Shown here: positions 52,007 through 61,813 of the stretch, in pieces
How positions within the stretch are numbered: position 1 is the stretch's first letter
Layout: every line of letters begins with the position of its first letter
Position numbers and translations under genes: made by a program
Notes under the pieces: model-generated
Told to the model about the DNA's origin: nothing
What the model saw: the letters and a program-made list of their open reading frames with translations, nothing else
Database searches by the model: none
NCBI GenBank assembly: GCA_963727625.1
Contig: CAVSHR010000004.1
Location: 1,408,001 to 1,472,000 of the forward strand
DNA: 64,000 nucleotides
From: an uncultured delta proteobacterium
GTDB taxonomy: Bacteria > Desulfobacterota > Binatia > UBA9968
Reading direction: 5' to 3'

Positions 52007-52723
52007 TTAAACGTAGCGGCGTCCTTTGAGCGGGTCGGGAACCTTCAAGCCGATCTGCTGCAGGATCGGGTTGACTTCGTTTTGATAGTCTTGCCGCGCC
52101 TGCTCGTTGGAGCGCCGCTTGAGCCCCCAGTAGCGATAGCGCTCGGAGCGCTTGGAACCGGTCCTGCCGAACATGTCCAAGGCGCGGACATACCAGTGAT
52201 CGACCGCCTTCTGGGCTTTTTCCTTGCCTTCATCGCCGGACTGAATGAGTTCCACGGTCTTGTTGTAGCCGTATTCGATGTGGCCCAACTCCTCGGTCAC
52301 AATGTCGGGAAGAATGCGTTGCAGCGGCAGATAGCTGCAATCATAAAACTCCTCCAACTGATAGCGGCCGATGCGGTCAATGAGGAAACCGAACACCGCG
52401 TTGTCTTCCCAGGTATTGATCACGCCGCGGAAGGCGTCGACAAAGCGCTTCTCGTTGGGCTGGCTCAACACGAACGACACATCGACGCCGATATCACCCG
52501 CAAGCCGGGCAATTTTCCTGAAGTGGTCGACTTCCTCGGCGGCCGTGCGCGCCACAATCAGTTGATCCATCTTGGTCGGCGCCGCCGGCAGCATCGTCTC
52601 CACATACAAATGCGGCCCACCGATCTCACAATCCGCTTGGATCGTCAGCACATGTCCCAAGAGCTCTTTATACTCAGGATCCATCTTGTCGAAATCTTTT
52701 AATTCAATCTTATCTGTAAACAT
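52007..52723 (-). CDS. Ferritin-like diiron protein, PaaA/PaaC/BoxB family
   Basis: QADCE, EEVDH, DRIG, EELGH, W..RALDMFG, WGLKRRSNEQAR; GGAGG upstream of ATG 52723. Confidence 0.85.
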   Translation of the reverse strand: MFTDKIELKDFDKMDPEYKELLGHVLTIQADCEIGGPHLYVETMLPAAPTKMDQLIVARTAAEEVDHFRKIARLAGDIGVDVSFVLSQPNEKRFVDAFRGVINTWEDNAVFGFLIDRIGRYQLEEFYDCSYLPLQRILPDIVTEELGHIEYGYNKTVELIQSGDEGKEKAQKAVDHWYVRALDMFGRTGSKRSERYRYWGLKRRSNEQARQDYQNEVNPILQQIGLKVPDPLKGRRYV

Positions 52724-52976
52724 TCTCCCCTCCTTTAGATAAACCGCAATTAAAATAATTGGATTAAATAACAGCAAGGAAAGTGCCAATGGGAATTATT
52801 CGGATATCAGCGGAAGAATCTCTGACATTTACAAAAATTTTCCGACTTTTGCGAGAATCTTCAGCGCCATTTCTTACAATTAGGAATACCGTACCGACGA
52901 TTTTCGCGTTGACGCCGAAGCGAAGCATCTGCTAGCGCATGAAAACATCCATCGGAACTTTACCCGGAGGCAAGCG

Positions 52977-53981
52977 ATGAGAAAGCTAATAACCGCACTC
53001 GGCATCGCCGTCCAACTATTCGCAAGTGGAGCCGTCCCGACGGTGGCCGCCGAGAGATGGGTCGCCGGTTATTCCTCGATCAGCGCCGCCTAATGGACGA
53101 TCCTCACCGCAGCGAAAACCAACTTATTCGAGAAATACGGCTTGGAGGTTTCGACGGTTTACCTGGGCGGCAGCACCCGCATCGTGCAAGTGATGATCGC
53201 GGGGGATATCCAGATCGGTTCAAATCGGCGGCTCGGCGGCGCTCTTCGGCAGGGCTGCAGGCATCGACATGGCCTATATAGCGACAACCATCAACAGCAT
53301 GGCGGCACAAATCATGTCGCGCCCCGAGATCAAACAGGTCACCGATCTCAAAGGTAAGGCCATCGGCGTGACGCGACGCGGCGCGGCGCGAATACCGACT
53401 ATTGGGCGCGGTTCGGCTTGACCCGTCATGGCCTGGTGCCGGACAAGGATGTGAAAATTATCTACACCGGCGGTCTGCGCGAGACTTTAACGGCGCTGCA
53501 GCAGGGGCAAATCGCCGCGGCGGCGATGGGGCTGGGGAACTCGTTCGCGAAAATGCTCGAGCGCGAGGGTTTCCACAGGCTCATCGACATTTCCAAGCTC
53601 GGCTAGGACTTTCCATTCAACGGTTTGGCGACCACGAAGAAATATCTGCAAAGCAAGCGGCCGGTCGTCGTGAGCTTGTTGAAAGCCTATCTCGAAGCGA
53701 TCAAGTTAAACTTGGACAACAAACCGTTGAGCAAGAAAATATTAGCAGGGTACACCGGCGTCTCCGACGACCAGCTGCTAGACATCGCCCACGACATCTA
53801 TATCTTGAAAATTCGCAGCAAAGTTCCCTATCCGGTCAACAAAGGCTGGAAAACTTTGATCGAGTTTACCGCCCGCGACAACCCCAAGGTCAGCGAAGTA
53901 AGGGCCGAAGACATTCTCGATGACAGCGTGATTAAAGAATTGGATGAGAGCGGCTTTATCAAAAGCTTGGGCTTGAAATAA
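52977..53981 (+). pseudogene. NMT1/SsuA-like ABC substrate-binding protein, disrupted
   Basis: signal peptide, FEKYGLEV, DLKGKAIGV, KELDESGFI; stops at 53091 and 53604, frameshifts near 53220 and 53380. Confidence 0.85.
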
Positions 53982-54019
53982 TAACGGTTCCTCCGGCCCG
54001 CTCGCAGCTCCCAAATTTC

Positions 54020-55188
54020 TAGTGTAGTGACTCACGCTGTTTGTACTTTATCGAGGACGGCCTTAGCGCGGCGATATTTAGCGATGATGTCTTCAGCTTT
54101 AGCGGTCCACGCAAAGGGTTTCGGATTGTTGTTATGATGCGCAATGTAAGCTTGGATGGCGGCGATCAAGTCTGGGACCGACTTGAATACCCCTCGTCGA
54201 ATCCGTTTGTCGGTCAGATCACGGAACCAACGCTCGACCAGGTTGAGCCACGAGCTCGAAGTCGGCACAAAGTGCAGATGGAATCGGTGATGGCGTTTGA
54301 GCCAGGTTTTAACCTTGGGATGCTTATGAGTGGCGTAATTGTCCACGATCAGATGCAAGTCCAAGTGTGGCGGGGTTTGGCGATCGATCAAGTTCAAAAA
54401 CTTGATCCACTCCTGATGGCGGTGGCGATCCATGCAGGTCCCAATGACACTGCCTTCGGTCATCTCCAAAGCAGCGAACAGGGTCGTGGTGCCATTGCGC
54501 TTGTAGTCGTGGGTCAAGGTTCCCAATCGTCCCTTGACCAGGGGCAATCCCGGTTGGGTTCTGTCCAACGCTTGAACCGATGTCTTCTCATCGGCGCACA
54601 GCACCAGCGCGTGTTCGGGAGGGTTAAGATACAAACCCACCACATCGATGACTTTTTCAACAAACCGTTTGTCCCGGCTGACTTTGAAGGTCTTGTACAG
54701 GTGAGGTTTAAGACCGCTGCCGTGCCACACCCGTTGCACCATCGATTTGTCGATACCCAAGGTATCGGCCAACGTGCGTACGCTCCAGTGCGTGGCGTTA
54801 GGCGGTTTAGTTTGTGTGGTCCGCTCAATAATCACAGGCGCCATCTGTTCTCGCTGGGTCGCCTTTCGGCCACCCCGCGCAAGATCCTTCTCAATTCCCG
54901 CCACGCGCTTCTCGACAAACCGTCGCCGCCAGCGCGCGACTTGCCCGCAGTCCATCCCCAATCGCGCGGCAATCGTTTTGTTTTGTTCTCCCTTTGCCGC
55001 CAGCAAGATGATCTTGGCTCGCTTCATCACGCGCACAGCTGTGCGCCGCCCGCGGGACCACATCGTCAGGATCTTATTTTCACTTTCAGTCAGCTCAATC
55101 GATTGCGCTACTCGCATGGAACTTCCCTCCCCAAGCTTGCAACACTTAGACGAGGGATAAAATACTTTAATTCAGAGACATACCACTA
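54020..55188. mobile_element. IS630-family insertion sequence
   Basis: ends CTAGTGTAGTGACTC / GAGACATACCACTAG form an imperfect TIR with flanking TA (CTAG); contains the transposase. Confidence 0.85.
54032..55117 (-). CDS. IS630-family transposase
   Basis: HTH, THWSVR, CADEKT, HDYKRNGT, DNYATHK, SSWLNLVERWF (DDE). Confidence 0.96.
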   Translation of the reverse strand: MRVAQSIELTESENKILTMWSRGRRTAVRVMKRAKIILLAAKGEQNKTIAARLGMDCGQVARWRRRFVEKRVAGIEKDLARGGRKATQREQMAPVIIERTTQTKPPNATHWSVRTLADTLGIDKSMVQRVWHGSGLKPHLYKTFKVSRDKRFVEKVIDVVGLYLNPPEHALVLCADEKTSVQALDRTQPGLPLVKGRLGTLTHDYKRNGTTTLFAALEMTEGSVIGTCMDRHRHQEWIKFLNLIDRQTPPHLDLHLIVDNYATHKHPKVKTWLKRHHRFHLHFVPTSSSWLNLVERWFRDLTDKRIRRGVFKSVPDLIAAIQAYIAHHNNNPKPFAWTAKAEDIIAKYRRAKAVLDKVQTA

Positions 55189-55440
55189 GATCTGTCTTAC
55201 AGGGTTTGTCGAGACCGGCGCTACTCGGCATATAAATTCTGGCCGCCGAAGCCGCCGACTATGAAACCGCTGGCGAGTTGAGCTTTTTTGGACTCCTTTG
55301 CCTGCGATATTCAAAAACGGACAAAATCAACCGATTCTTTGATGCCCCGGACGGTCGAACGACGTGGAAACGATTCACAAATTCCGATTTTGCATTTCTC
55401 AAAGTTCCCATAATTCTCACAAAAAGTAGGACACCACTTC

Positions 55441-55457
55441 TCGGCATAATTCATGCT
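55441..55457 (+). promoter_or_regulatory. Possible sigma54 promoter
   Basis: CGGCATAATTCATGCT fits GG-N10-GC, ~140 nt upstream of 55596. Confidence 0.3.
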
Positions 55458-55595
55458 ATTAGTTTGCCCTAACCGTTACAGATACGCAGGGAACATCATA
55501 TCCATACGTCGTGCTTGACCGACCCGCGTCGCGTTAGCCACCCGCTAATTATAAAAGAGGACACGACAAGATAGATCGCACTTTCGAGAGGCACT

Positions 55596-58109
55596 ATGAA
55601 ACGGACCTTTGGCCAAATGAATTGCTTAACGAAGCTGTCAACCGCACTGGTTGCCGGGCTCATTCTATGGAATTTTCCGGCAGGCATAAGCGTTACTTGG
55701 GCGCAAAGTAACCACCTGACCGAGCTGCGCGAGCTCGAGCATGATACCTCGCCACCGCTGGAAAAGATCCCGCCCCTTCCCCCACAGGCGGGAGCACCAC
55801 GGGTCGTTCCGCTGTACCGAACCCACGGAATCTTCGCGCGCCCGCAAGCTCAAACCGACCCGGTCCTCCAATCTTCCCCCTCCGGCGCCCTTACACCGAG
55901 CTCGGGAGGAAACTTTTCCGGGCTTGGAAAGGGCTTTTCCGGACCGCAAGGGAGTTTCACGGTTCAATATATTCCTCCGGATACCAATGGGGCGGTTGGA
56001 ACGACCCAGTACGTGCAGTGGGTTAACGCTTCGTTCGCAGTCTTTAACAAGTCAACTGGAGAGTCAACTTACGGCCCGGCTGCGGGCAACACTTTGTGGA
56101 CCGGTTTCGGCGGGCCCTGCGAGACGAATAATAGCGGCGATCCGATCGTTCAGTACGACAAGCTTGCTAATCGCTGGGTGCTGATGCAGCCGGTATTCAA
56201 GGCCCCTTACTACATCTGTGTGGCCGTTTCGACAACTTCGGACGCCAACGGCAGCTATGATCGCTACGCCTTTCCGGTGCCGAACCGACTGTTTCCTGAC
56301 TATCCAAAACTAGGCGTTTGGTCCGACGGCTACTACCTGACTTACAACCAATTTAAGGGGAATATATTTAAAGGCGCGGCAGCCTGCGTCTTGGACCGCA
56401 ACAACATGCTTCTTGGCAACGCAGCTACGATGCAATGTGGCACGATCGGTAGCAACTATGGCAGTCTTCTGCCGGCGGACCTTGACGGCGGCACGCCACC
56501 TCCCGCCGGTTCGCCAGGATATTTTCTAAATTATAACAGCAATCTTGCCTCTCTTTCTCTCTGGAATCTGTCGGTGAACTGGAACAATCCCAACAACTCC
56601 AGCCTGACCGGACCGACGAATCTCCTGGTGGCAGCTTTCAGCGAGGCCTGTGGCGGCGGCGCTTGCATCCCGCAAGCGGGGACGTCACAAAAACTTGATT
56701 CTCTCGGTGAACGGTTGATGTACCGCTTGGCGTATCGCAATTTCGGCGACCACGAGTCCATGGTCGTGAGCCATTCCGTCGATACCGGCACGGGGAGCGG
56801 TAACACAGGTACCCGGTGGTACGAACTGCGAAAAACCGGCGGCGGTTCTTTCGGGCTGTTTCAACAAGGGACCTATGCTCCGGATTCCGACTACCGCTGG
56901 ATGGGTAGCATTGCCATGGACAAGTTCGGCAATATTGGCTTGGGCTACAGCGTTTCGAGCAGCACCACGAGTCCGACGATTCGTTACACCGGACGTCTGC
57001 CCACCGATCCTCCAGGCTCAATGCAAGCTGAAAACGATCTTTTGACGGGTATCGGTCACGGCTCGCAAACGAGCTACGCCCGGTGGGGTGACTACAGCAG
57101 CATGACGATCGACCCCGTAGACGATTGCACGTTTTGGTTCACGACCGAATATCAGTCAGTCAACGGCAATGCGTGGAGCACGCGCATCGCCTCTTTCCGT
57201 TTCCCTTCTTGCGGCGGCGCCGTCGCGATATCCTCCGTCAGCCTCAACCCGACCAGCGTGGTCGGCGGTAGTTCGTCGACGGGCACAGTCACGCTCAGCG
57301 GTGCGCCTGCGGCAGACACGGTCATTTCACTTTCCAGCAGCAACGCTTCAGTAGCCCAGGTTCCCTCGAGCGTGACCGTCGCGGCCGGAGCTACGAGCGC
57401 GGACTTCAACGTCACCACCAGCCCGGTCACGACGACGACCGGAGTCAATATCACAGCCAGCTACGGCAGCTCGACGCCGAGCGCGACACTCACCGTAACC
57501 CCGCCGCTGACAGCATCCTCGGTAAGCCTTAATCCCACCAGCGTGGTCGGCGGTAATTCGTCGACTGGAACAGTGACACTCAGCGGTCTGGCTCCGGCCG
57601 GCGGTGCCAACGTTACGCTTTCCAGCAGTAATACCTCGGTGGCACAGGTTCCATCGAGCGTGACCGTCGCCTCCGGTGCCACGAGTGCAACCTTTAACGT
57701 CACGACCAGCACGGTGGCGACAACTACGGGAGTCAACATCACGGCCAACTACGGCGGCACGTCGCCGAGCGCAACTTTAACCGTGAACCCGGTGCCCGCG
57801 GGCGACTTTTCGATCTCGGTTTCGCCGGGAAATCGAACGGTCAAAGCCGGCAACAGCGCAAGCTATTCGATCACGGTGACTTCAACGGGGGGTTATGCCG
57901 GACGAGTCAATTTGGACGTAAGTGGACTGCCCAATAACGCCAGCGCGAGCGTTAGCCCGACATCTATTACCAACGGTTCCGGCGTCGCCAGTCTAACGGT
58001 GTCGACCACATCGACCACATCGAAAGGTTCCTACACGCTGACCATTAAAGGGATCGATAGCACCGGGAGTCCAAGCCACTCGACAACGACGGGCTTGAAA
58101 GTTCGATAG
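55596..58109 (+). CDS. Large secreted protein: N-terminal beta-rich domain plus three Ser/Thr-rich Ig-like domains
   Basis: signal peptide; PPDTNGAVG..YVQWVN, DYPKLGVW, RWGDYS; two ~93-aa repeats (SVSLNPTSVVGG...ATLTV) and a DFSISVSP domain. Confidence 0.8.
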   Translation: MKRTFGQMNCLTKLSTALVAGLILWNFPAGISVTWAQSNHLTELRELEHDTSPPLEKIPPLPPQAGAPRVVPLYRTHGIFARPQAQTDPVLQSSPSGALTPSSGGNFSGLGKGFSGPQGSFTVQYIPPDTNGAVGTTQYVQWVNASFAVFNKSTGESTYGPAAGNTLWTGFGGPCETNNSGDPIVQYDKLANRWVLMQPVFKAPYYICVAVSTTSDANGSYDRYAFPVPNRLFPDYPKLGVWSDGYYLTYNQFKGNIFKGAAACVLDRNNMLLGNAATMQCGTIGSNYGSLLPADLDGGTPPPAGSPGYFLNYNSNLASLSLWNLSVNWNNPNNSSLTGPTNLLVAAFSEACGGGACIPQAGTSQKLDSLGERLMYRLAYRNFGDHESMVVSHSVDTGTGSGNTGTRWYELRKTGGGSFGLFQQGTYAPDSDYRWMGSIAMDKFGNIGLGYSVSSSTTSPTIRYTGRLPTDPPGSMQAENDLLTGIGHGSQTSYARWGDYSSMTIDPVDDCTFWFTTEYQSVNGNAWSTRIASFRFPSCGGAVAISSVSLNPTSVVGGSSSTGTVTLSGAPAADTVISLSSSNASVAQVPSSVTVAAGATSADFNVTTSPVTTTTGVNITASYGSSTPSATLTVTPPLTASSVSLNPTSVVGGNSSTGTVTLSGLAPAGGANVTLSSSNTSVAQVPSSVTVASGATSATFNVTTSTVATTTGVNITANYGGTSPSATLTVNPVPAGDFSISVSPGNRTVKAGNSASYSITVTSTGGYAGRVNLDVSGLPNNASASVSPTSITNGSGVASLTVSTTSTTSKGSYTLTIKGIDSTGSPSHSTTTGLKVR
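57231..57791 (+). repeat. Intragenic tandem duplication of an Ig-like domain
   Basis: copies start at about 57231 and 57516; strong protein identity with many synonymous differences. Confidence 0.8.
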
Positions 58110-58184
58110 GAGAAAAACTCGGGCGCCCTGCATGCACATGCGCAATGCCTGGCAACAGAGCGCCCGATACATTCCCCCGCTACT

Positions 58185-59390
58185 TCATTGATACAAAAGC
58201 GCCGGCTCACGTTCTTCGAGCCACGCTGACTCCTCGGGCGCGGCAAGCTTTTCAAGATCGGCCGGTACTGCCGCGGGAGCGTCAACCCATTTGCGCAAAA
58301 GTTCGCCGCCGTTGATCAAATCGATCGCCAGCCGGTCGCTTTCGTACTCATAAGTGAAACTGCGCCAGAGATCGTAATCGGGGCGAAGCATTCTCAACGC
58401 CTTAAGAGCCAGTGCCATGAGACGCCATGGCCGAAACTTGTCGTGATCGTAGGCTGGATCGTCGACGTGGATTTGGATTCCCGCGCAGAGCTTGCCGGCG
58501 TGCTTGTTAAACGTCGGCTCGAACCAGCACTCGCGCAGGCGGCAGCCCCGAAGCCACTCCGGCGCAAGCATTTCCATTTTAGCAAGCAGTTCGCGCGGCT
58601 TGAGATCGGGCGCGCCGAAGAGCTCCAACGGCCGAGTGGTGCCGCGGCCTTCGGAGAGCGTCGTGCCTTCGAGCATCACCGTTCCGGCGTAGCAGCGGGC
58701 CATCGATAGATCCGCCGCGTTCGGACTGGGATTCACCCAGCTTCGCTCGCCCAATGGCCAGCCGTAGCCCGGCGCAGTGGTTGGTCTCCACCCTTCCATC
58801 GCCACGACCTCGCAGCCAATATCCAGATTCAACTTACGCACGAACCACTGCGCCAGTTCGCCTAGTGTGAGTCCGTGGCGCATCGGCAGAGGCCCTGCGC
58901 CGACAAAGCTCTCCCATCCCGGGCGAAGCTGAAGTCCTTCCACCGGCCGGCCGGCGGGATTGGGCCGGTCGAATACCCAGACCGCCTTTTTGTGCTGTGC
59001 CGCCGCTTCGAGTACATAACGCAGCGTCGTCATAAACGTGTAAACGCGGCATCCTATGTCCTGCAGATCGATCAGCAAGACGTCGAAGGTGTCCATCATA
59101 GCCGCCGTCGGCCGCCTCACCTCGCCATAAAGGCTGAAGACCGGGATGCCGTGCACCGGATCATGAAAATCCGGCGACTCGATCATGTTGTCCTGCTTGT
59201 CGCCGCGCAGCCCATGCTGCGGCCCGAACGCGGCAGCGAGCTTGATATCCCTCAAAGCCGCCAGAGCGTCGAGAGAGTGCACCAAATCACGGGTTACCGA
59301 AGCGGGATGAGCGAGTAACGCGATGCGCTTCCCGGCCAAGGATTTTCGCAGCGTCGGGTCCTCGAGGAAACGGTCGATGCCGAACTTCAT
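58185..59390 (-). CDS. namZ: Exo-beta-N-acetylmuramidase NamZ (DUF1343)
   Basis: FGPQHG, SLYG, DLQDIGCRVYTF, DRPNP, RHGLTLGE, PSPN, SEGRGTTRP. Confidence 0.88.
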   Translation of the reverse strand: MKFGIDRFLEDPTLRKSLAGKRIALLAHPASVTRDLVHSLDALAALRDIKLAAAFGPQHGLRGDKQDNMIESPDFHDPVHGIPVFSLYGEVRRPTAAMMDTFDVLLIDLQDIGCRVYTFMTTLRYVLEAAAQHKKAVWVFDRPNPAGRPVEGLQLRPGWESFVGAGPLPMRHGLTLGELAQWFVRKLNLDIGCEVVAMEGWRPTTAPGYGWPLGERSWVNPSPNAADLSMARCYAGTVMLEGTTLSEGRGTTRPLELFGAPDLKPRELLAKMEMLAPEWLRGCRLRECWFEPTFNKHAGKLCAGIQIHVDDPAYDHDKFRPWRLMALALKALRMLRPDYDLWRSFTYEYESDRLAIDLINGGELLRKWVDAPAAVPADLEKLAAPEESAWLEEREPALLYQ

Positions 59391-60010
59391 GGCTTGGCAG
59401 TATAAGCGATAGCGTCGCGGCCGGCCACCGAAGATTGGATTTCCAGGACAAAATTATCGGTATGATGAAAATCGGGCTTGCCAGGGGGATGCTTGAGCGC
59501 CCAGTAAGAAAGCCCACCGTCGCTGTCTTCGATGACCGCGGCAAGCCCAAGCCGGAGCGGGCCACCGGATTTTAGCGACGGTAGACTGCCCAGGGGTAAC
59601 GCCGCGCTCAACTCCAACTTCGCCGCTCCTTTTACCACGGCAATCTTCGGATCGAGATCGTCATCGTCAATCGGCCCGCCAATGCGGTAAGCGCGAAAGG
59701 CATACGCCGCCCATTGGCCCGAAGGAGAAAAGTTAAACTCGTAATATTCCGAATGTCCTGCGACGCCCAGAAACGCCTCAAAGCAAGTGTGCTCCCAGAG
59801 CCGATCCGCCCGTCGTGGCCACTGAAGTTCAGGAATTTGCAGACGGGAAAGGTCTCCCTTTAAAGCATACCTTAGAGAAAGCGTATCTCTGTTTATTCCG
59901 ATCTCCTGCGACTCAATTTCTATTCCATAAAGACAAGCGGTCGCCGCGTGGCAGTTAAGATTAACAACAAACAAATGGCCGTCCGTGTTAATTCGTCGGT
60001 CTTGTAACAT
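59387..60010 (-). CDS. DOMON-like domain protein
   Basis: LWEHTCFEAF, YYEFNFSPSGQWAAY, AVIE, YWALKHPPGKPDFH; 4-nt overlap with namZ. Confidence 0.82.
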   Translation of the reverse strand: MLQDRRINTDGHLFVVNLNCHAATACLYGIEIESQEIGINRDTLSLRYALKGDLSRLQIPELQWPRRADRLWEHTCFEAFLGVAGHSEYYEFNFSPSGQWAAYAFRAYRIGGPIDDDDLDPKIAVVKGAAKLELSAALPLGSLPSLKSGGPLRLGLAAVIEDSDGGLSYWALKHPPGKPDFHHTDNFVLEIQSSVAGRDAIAYTAKP

Positions 60011-60146
60011 CAGTTTATCGACGCATTCAGGTCCGGATTTTATCCTTCGCGACCATCTGCCGAAATACACTGCTCAAATCGCAACATTCATTACCATGAA
60101 TAACAGCTCCGCCGATTCCTTCGCAACAAATCAATGACTCGCAGCC

Positions 60147-60175
60147 TTGACAGCCGGATGGCCGGTCAATAGAAC
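60147..60175 (+). promoter_or_regulatory. Sigma70-type promoter with TTGAC-N13-GTCAA inverted repeat
   Basis: TTGACA-N17-TAGAAC upstream of 60211. Confidence 0.5.
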
Positions 60176-60210
60176 CGAATCAACTATCAAACCCGGCCCA
60201 AGGAGCAATC

Positions 60211-60933
60211 ATGGCGACATCCAAGACTGATATTCCCGCTTTCGATTCCAGCAATCTCAAGGAGCTCAAGCAAAAACTCGTCGACGGCTGCCATATACTC
60301 GACCGCGAAGGCATCACCGATAGCTTCGGCCACGTAAGCGTCCGCATTCCCGGCGCCGACGCGTTTATCACTATAGCCGGGGTCAGCCCGGGCTGCGCGA
60401 CGTTGAAGCGAATCATTATGCTCGACCTCGACGGCCATTACCTTGGCGGCGACAAAGCCTCGCCCTTCGAGTGGCCTATCCACGCCCGGGTCCTGCGCGC
60501 GCGCCCCGAAGTCATGAGCGTGTGCCACACCCACTCGCGCTGGAGCGCGCTGTTCAGCGTGATCAAGGGCGGACTCCGGCCGATTCACATGTACGCAAAA
60601 TTTCTCCCGCCCGAAGGCCCGCCGGTCTATCCGGCCGCCGGCCTAATCGGTACCGTCGAGCGCGGCGAGGCGTTGGCCGAAACCTTGAAAGACAGCAACG
60701 CGGTCCTGCTGCGCGCCCACGGCGACGCCGTGGTGGGGACGACGCTCGAACAGGCGATCCAGCGCACCATCCAGCTCGCCTTTCTCGGCCAGCTCGCGCA
60801 TATGGCCGTCGCCCATGGCGAGCCGCTTTACATGAGCGAGGAGGAGCTGGCGACCTTCTCCTCCGAACCGGCGTTCCCGGCACGCCCATGGGAATATTAT
60901 TTGAGCCGGATTCGCGAGCGGCGCTCTGCTTGA
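60211..60933 (+). CDS. Class II aldolase/adducin family protein (possible decarboxylase)
   Basis: FGHVSVR, PFEWPIH, CHTHS, LLRAHG. Confidence 0.88.
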   Translation: MATSKTDIPAFDSSNLKELKQKLVDGCHILDREGITDSFGHVSVRIPGADAFITIAGVSPGCATLKRIIMLDLDGHYLGGDKASPFEWPIHARVLRARPEVMSVCHTHSRWSALFSVIKGGLRPIHMYAKFLPPEGPPVYPAAGLIGTVERGEALAETLKDSNAVLLRAHGDAVVGTTLEQAIQRTIQLAFLGQLAHMAVAHGEPLYMSEEELATFSSEPAFPARPWEYYLSRIRERRSA

Positions 60934-61006
60934 CAGCTATGCAAGCGACGCATAGATTCGCGAAACGGAATACTTCATCGTTCAATTGAGTGACTAAGGA
61001 GCGTTC

Positions 61007-61720
61007 ATGGCTGCCAAACAGGACGTGCCTAAAATCGACTCGTCCGAGCTCAAAGAATTGACCGAAAAGTTACTGACCGCCTGTCACATCCTCGATCACG
61101 AGGGCGTGACCGACGGCTATGGCCACATCAGCGCGCGCGTGCCCAACGCCGACGCGTTTATCACCATCGCCAACGTCAGCCCCGGCTGCGTCACCCGCGA
61201 TCGTTTGATCATGCAGGATCTCGACGGTAACTACCTGGACGGCGCCAAAACGCCCCCCAACGAATGGCCGATCCATTCGTGCATCTTGAGGGCGCGCCCG
61301 GAAATCGACAGTGTCGCGCATACCCATTCGAAGTGGAGCACGATCTTCAGCGTCCTGCCGATCAAGCTGAAACCGATGCACCACTACGGCAAGTTTCTCT
61401 CCGCCGACGGCCCGCCGGTGTACGAAGGCATCGGCCTGGTGCGCACGGTGGAGCGCGGCAACGAGCTGGCGGCCGCCCTCGGGGATGGGCCGGTCGTTTT
61501 GATGCGCGCCCATGGCGACGCCGTGGTCGGCGAGAGCATCGAGCAAGTTATCGAACGGACGACACGCCTCGCCATGCTCGGCGAGTGGAATCACCTGGCG
61601 CTGCTGCACGGCGAGCCGAGATACCTGACGGCGGAGGAGTTGGCAGTCTACAACGCGGATCAGCGCTTCCCGATGCGCGGCTGGGAGTATTTCGTCAGCC
61701 GGCTGAGCGGAAAGAAATAA
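61007..61720 (+). CDS. Class II aldolase/adducin family protein (paralogue)
   Basis: YGHISAR, PNEWPIH, AHTHS, LMRAHG. Confidence 0.88.
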   Translation: MAAKQDVPKIDSSELKELTEKLLTACHILDHEGVTDGYGHISARVPNADAFITIANVSPGCVTRDRLIMQDLDGNYLDGAKTPPNEWPIHSCILRARPEIDSVAHTHSKWSTIFSVLPIKLKPMHHYGKFLSADGPPVYEGIGLVRTVERGNELAAALGDGPVVLMRAHGDAVVGESIEQVIERTTRLAMLGEWNHLALLHGEPRYLTAEELAVYNADQRFPMRGWEYFVSRLSGKK

Positions 61721-61722
61721 AC

Positions 61723-61771
61723 TGGAGTGGTGGAGCACTGGAGCGTGGTAACCCATCACTCCACCACTCCA
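61723..61771. repeat. Inverted 8-bp-period TGGAG/CTCCA repeat hairpin
   Basis: TGGAG at 61723, 61731, 61739; CTCCA at 61759, 61767. Confidence 0.65.
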
Positions 61772-61813
61772 TGGCGCCGGTCGAGAATTTGATCCATTCA
61801 GGAGGAAAAGAAC

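Noticed and set aside
54041-55189. 382-aa ORF antisense to the IS630 transposase
   Set aside because: Codon-aligned antisense shadow of the transposase with no recognisable motifs
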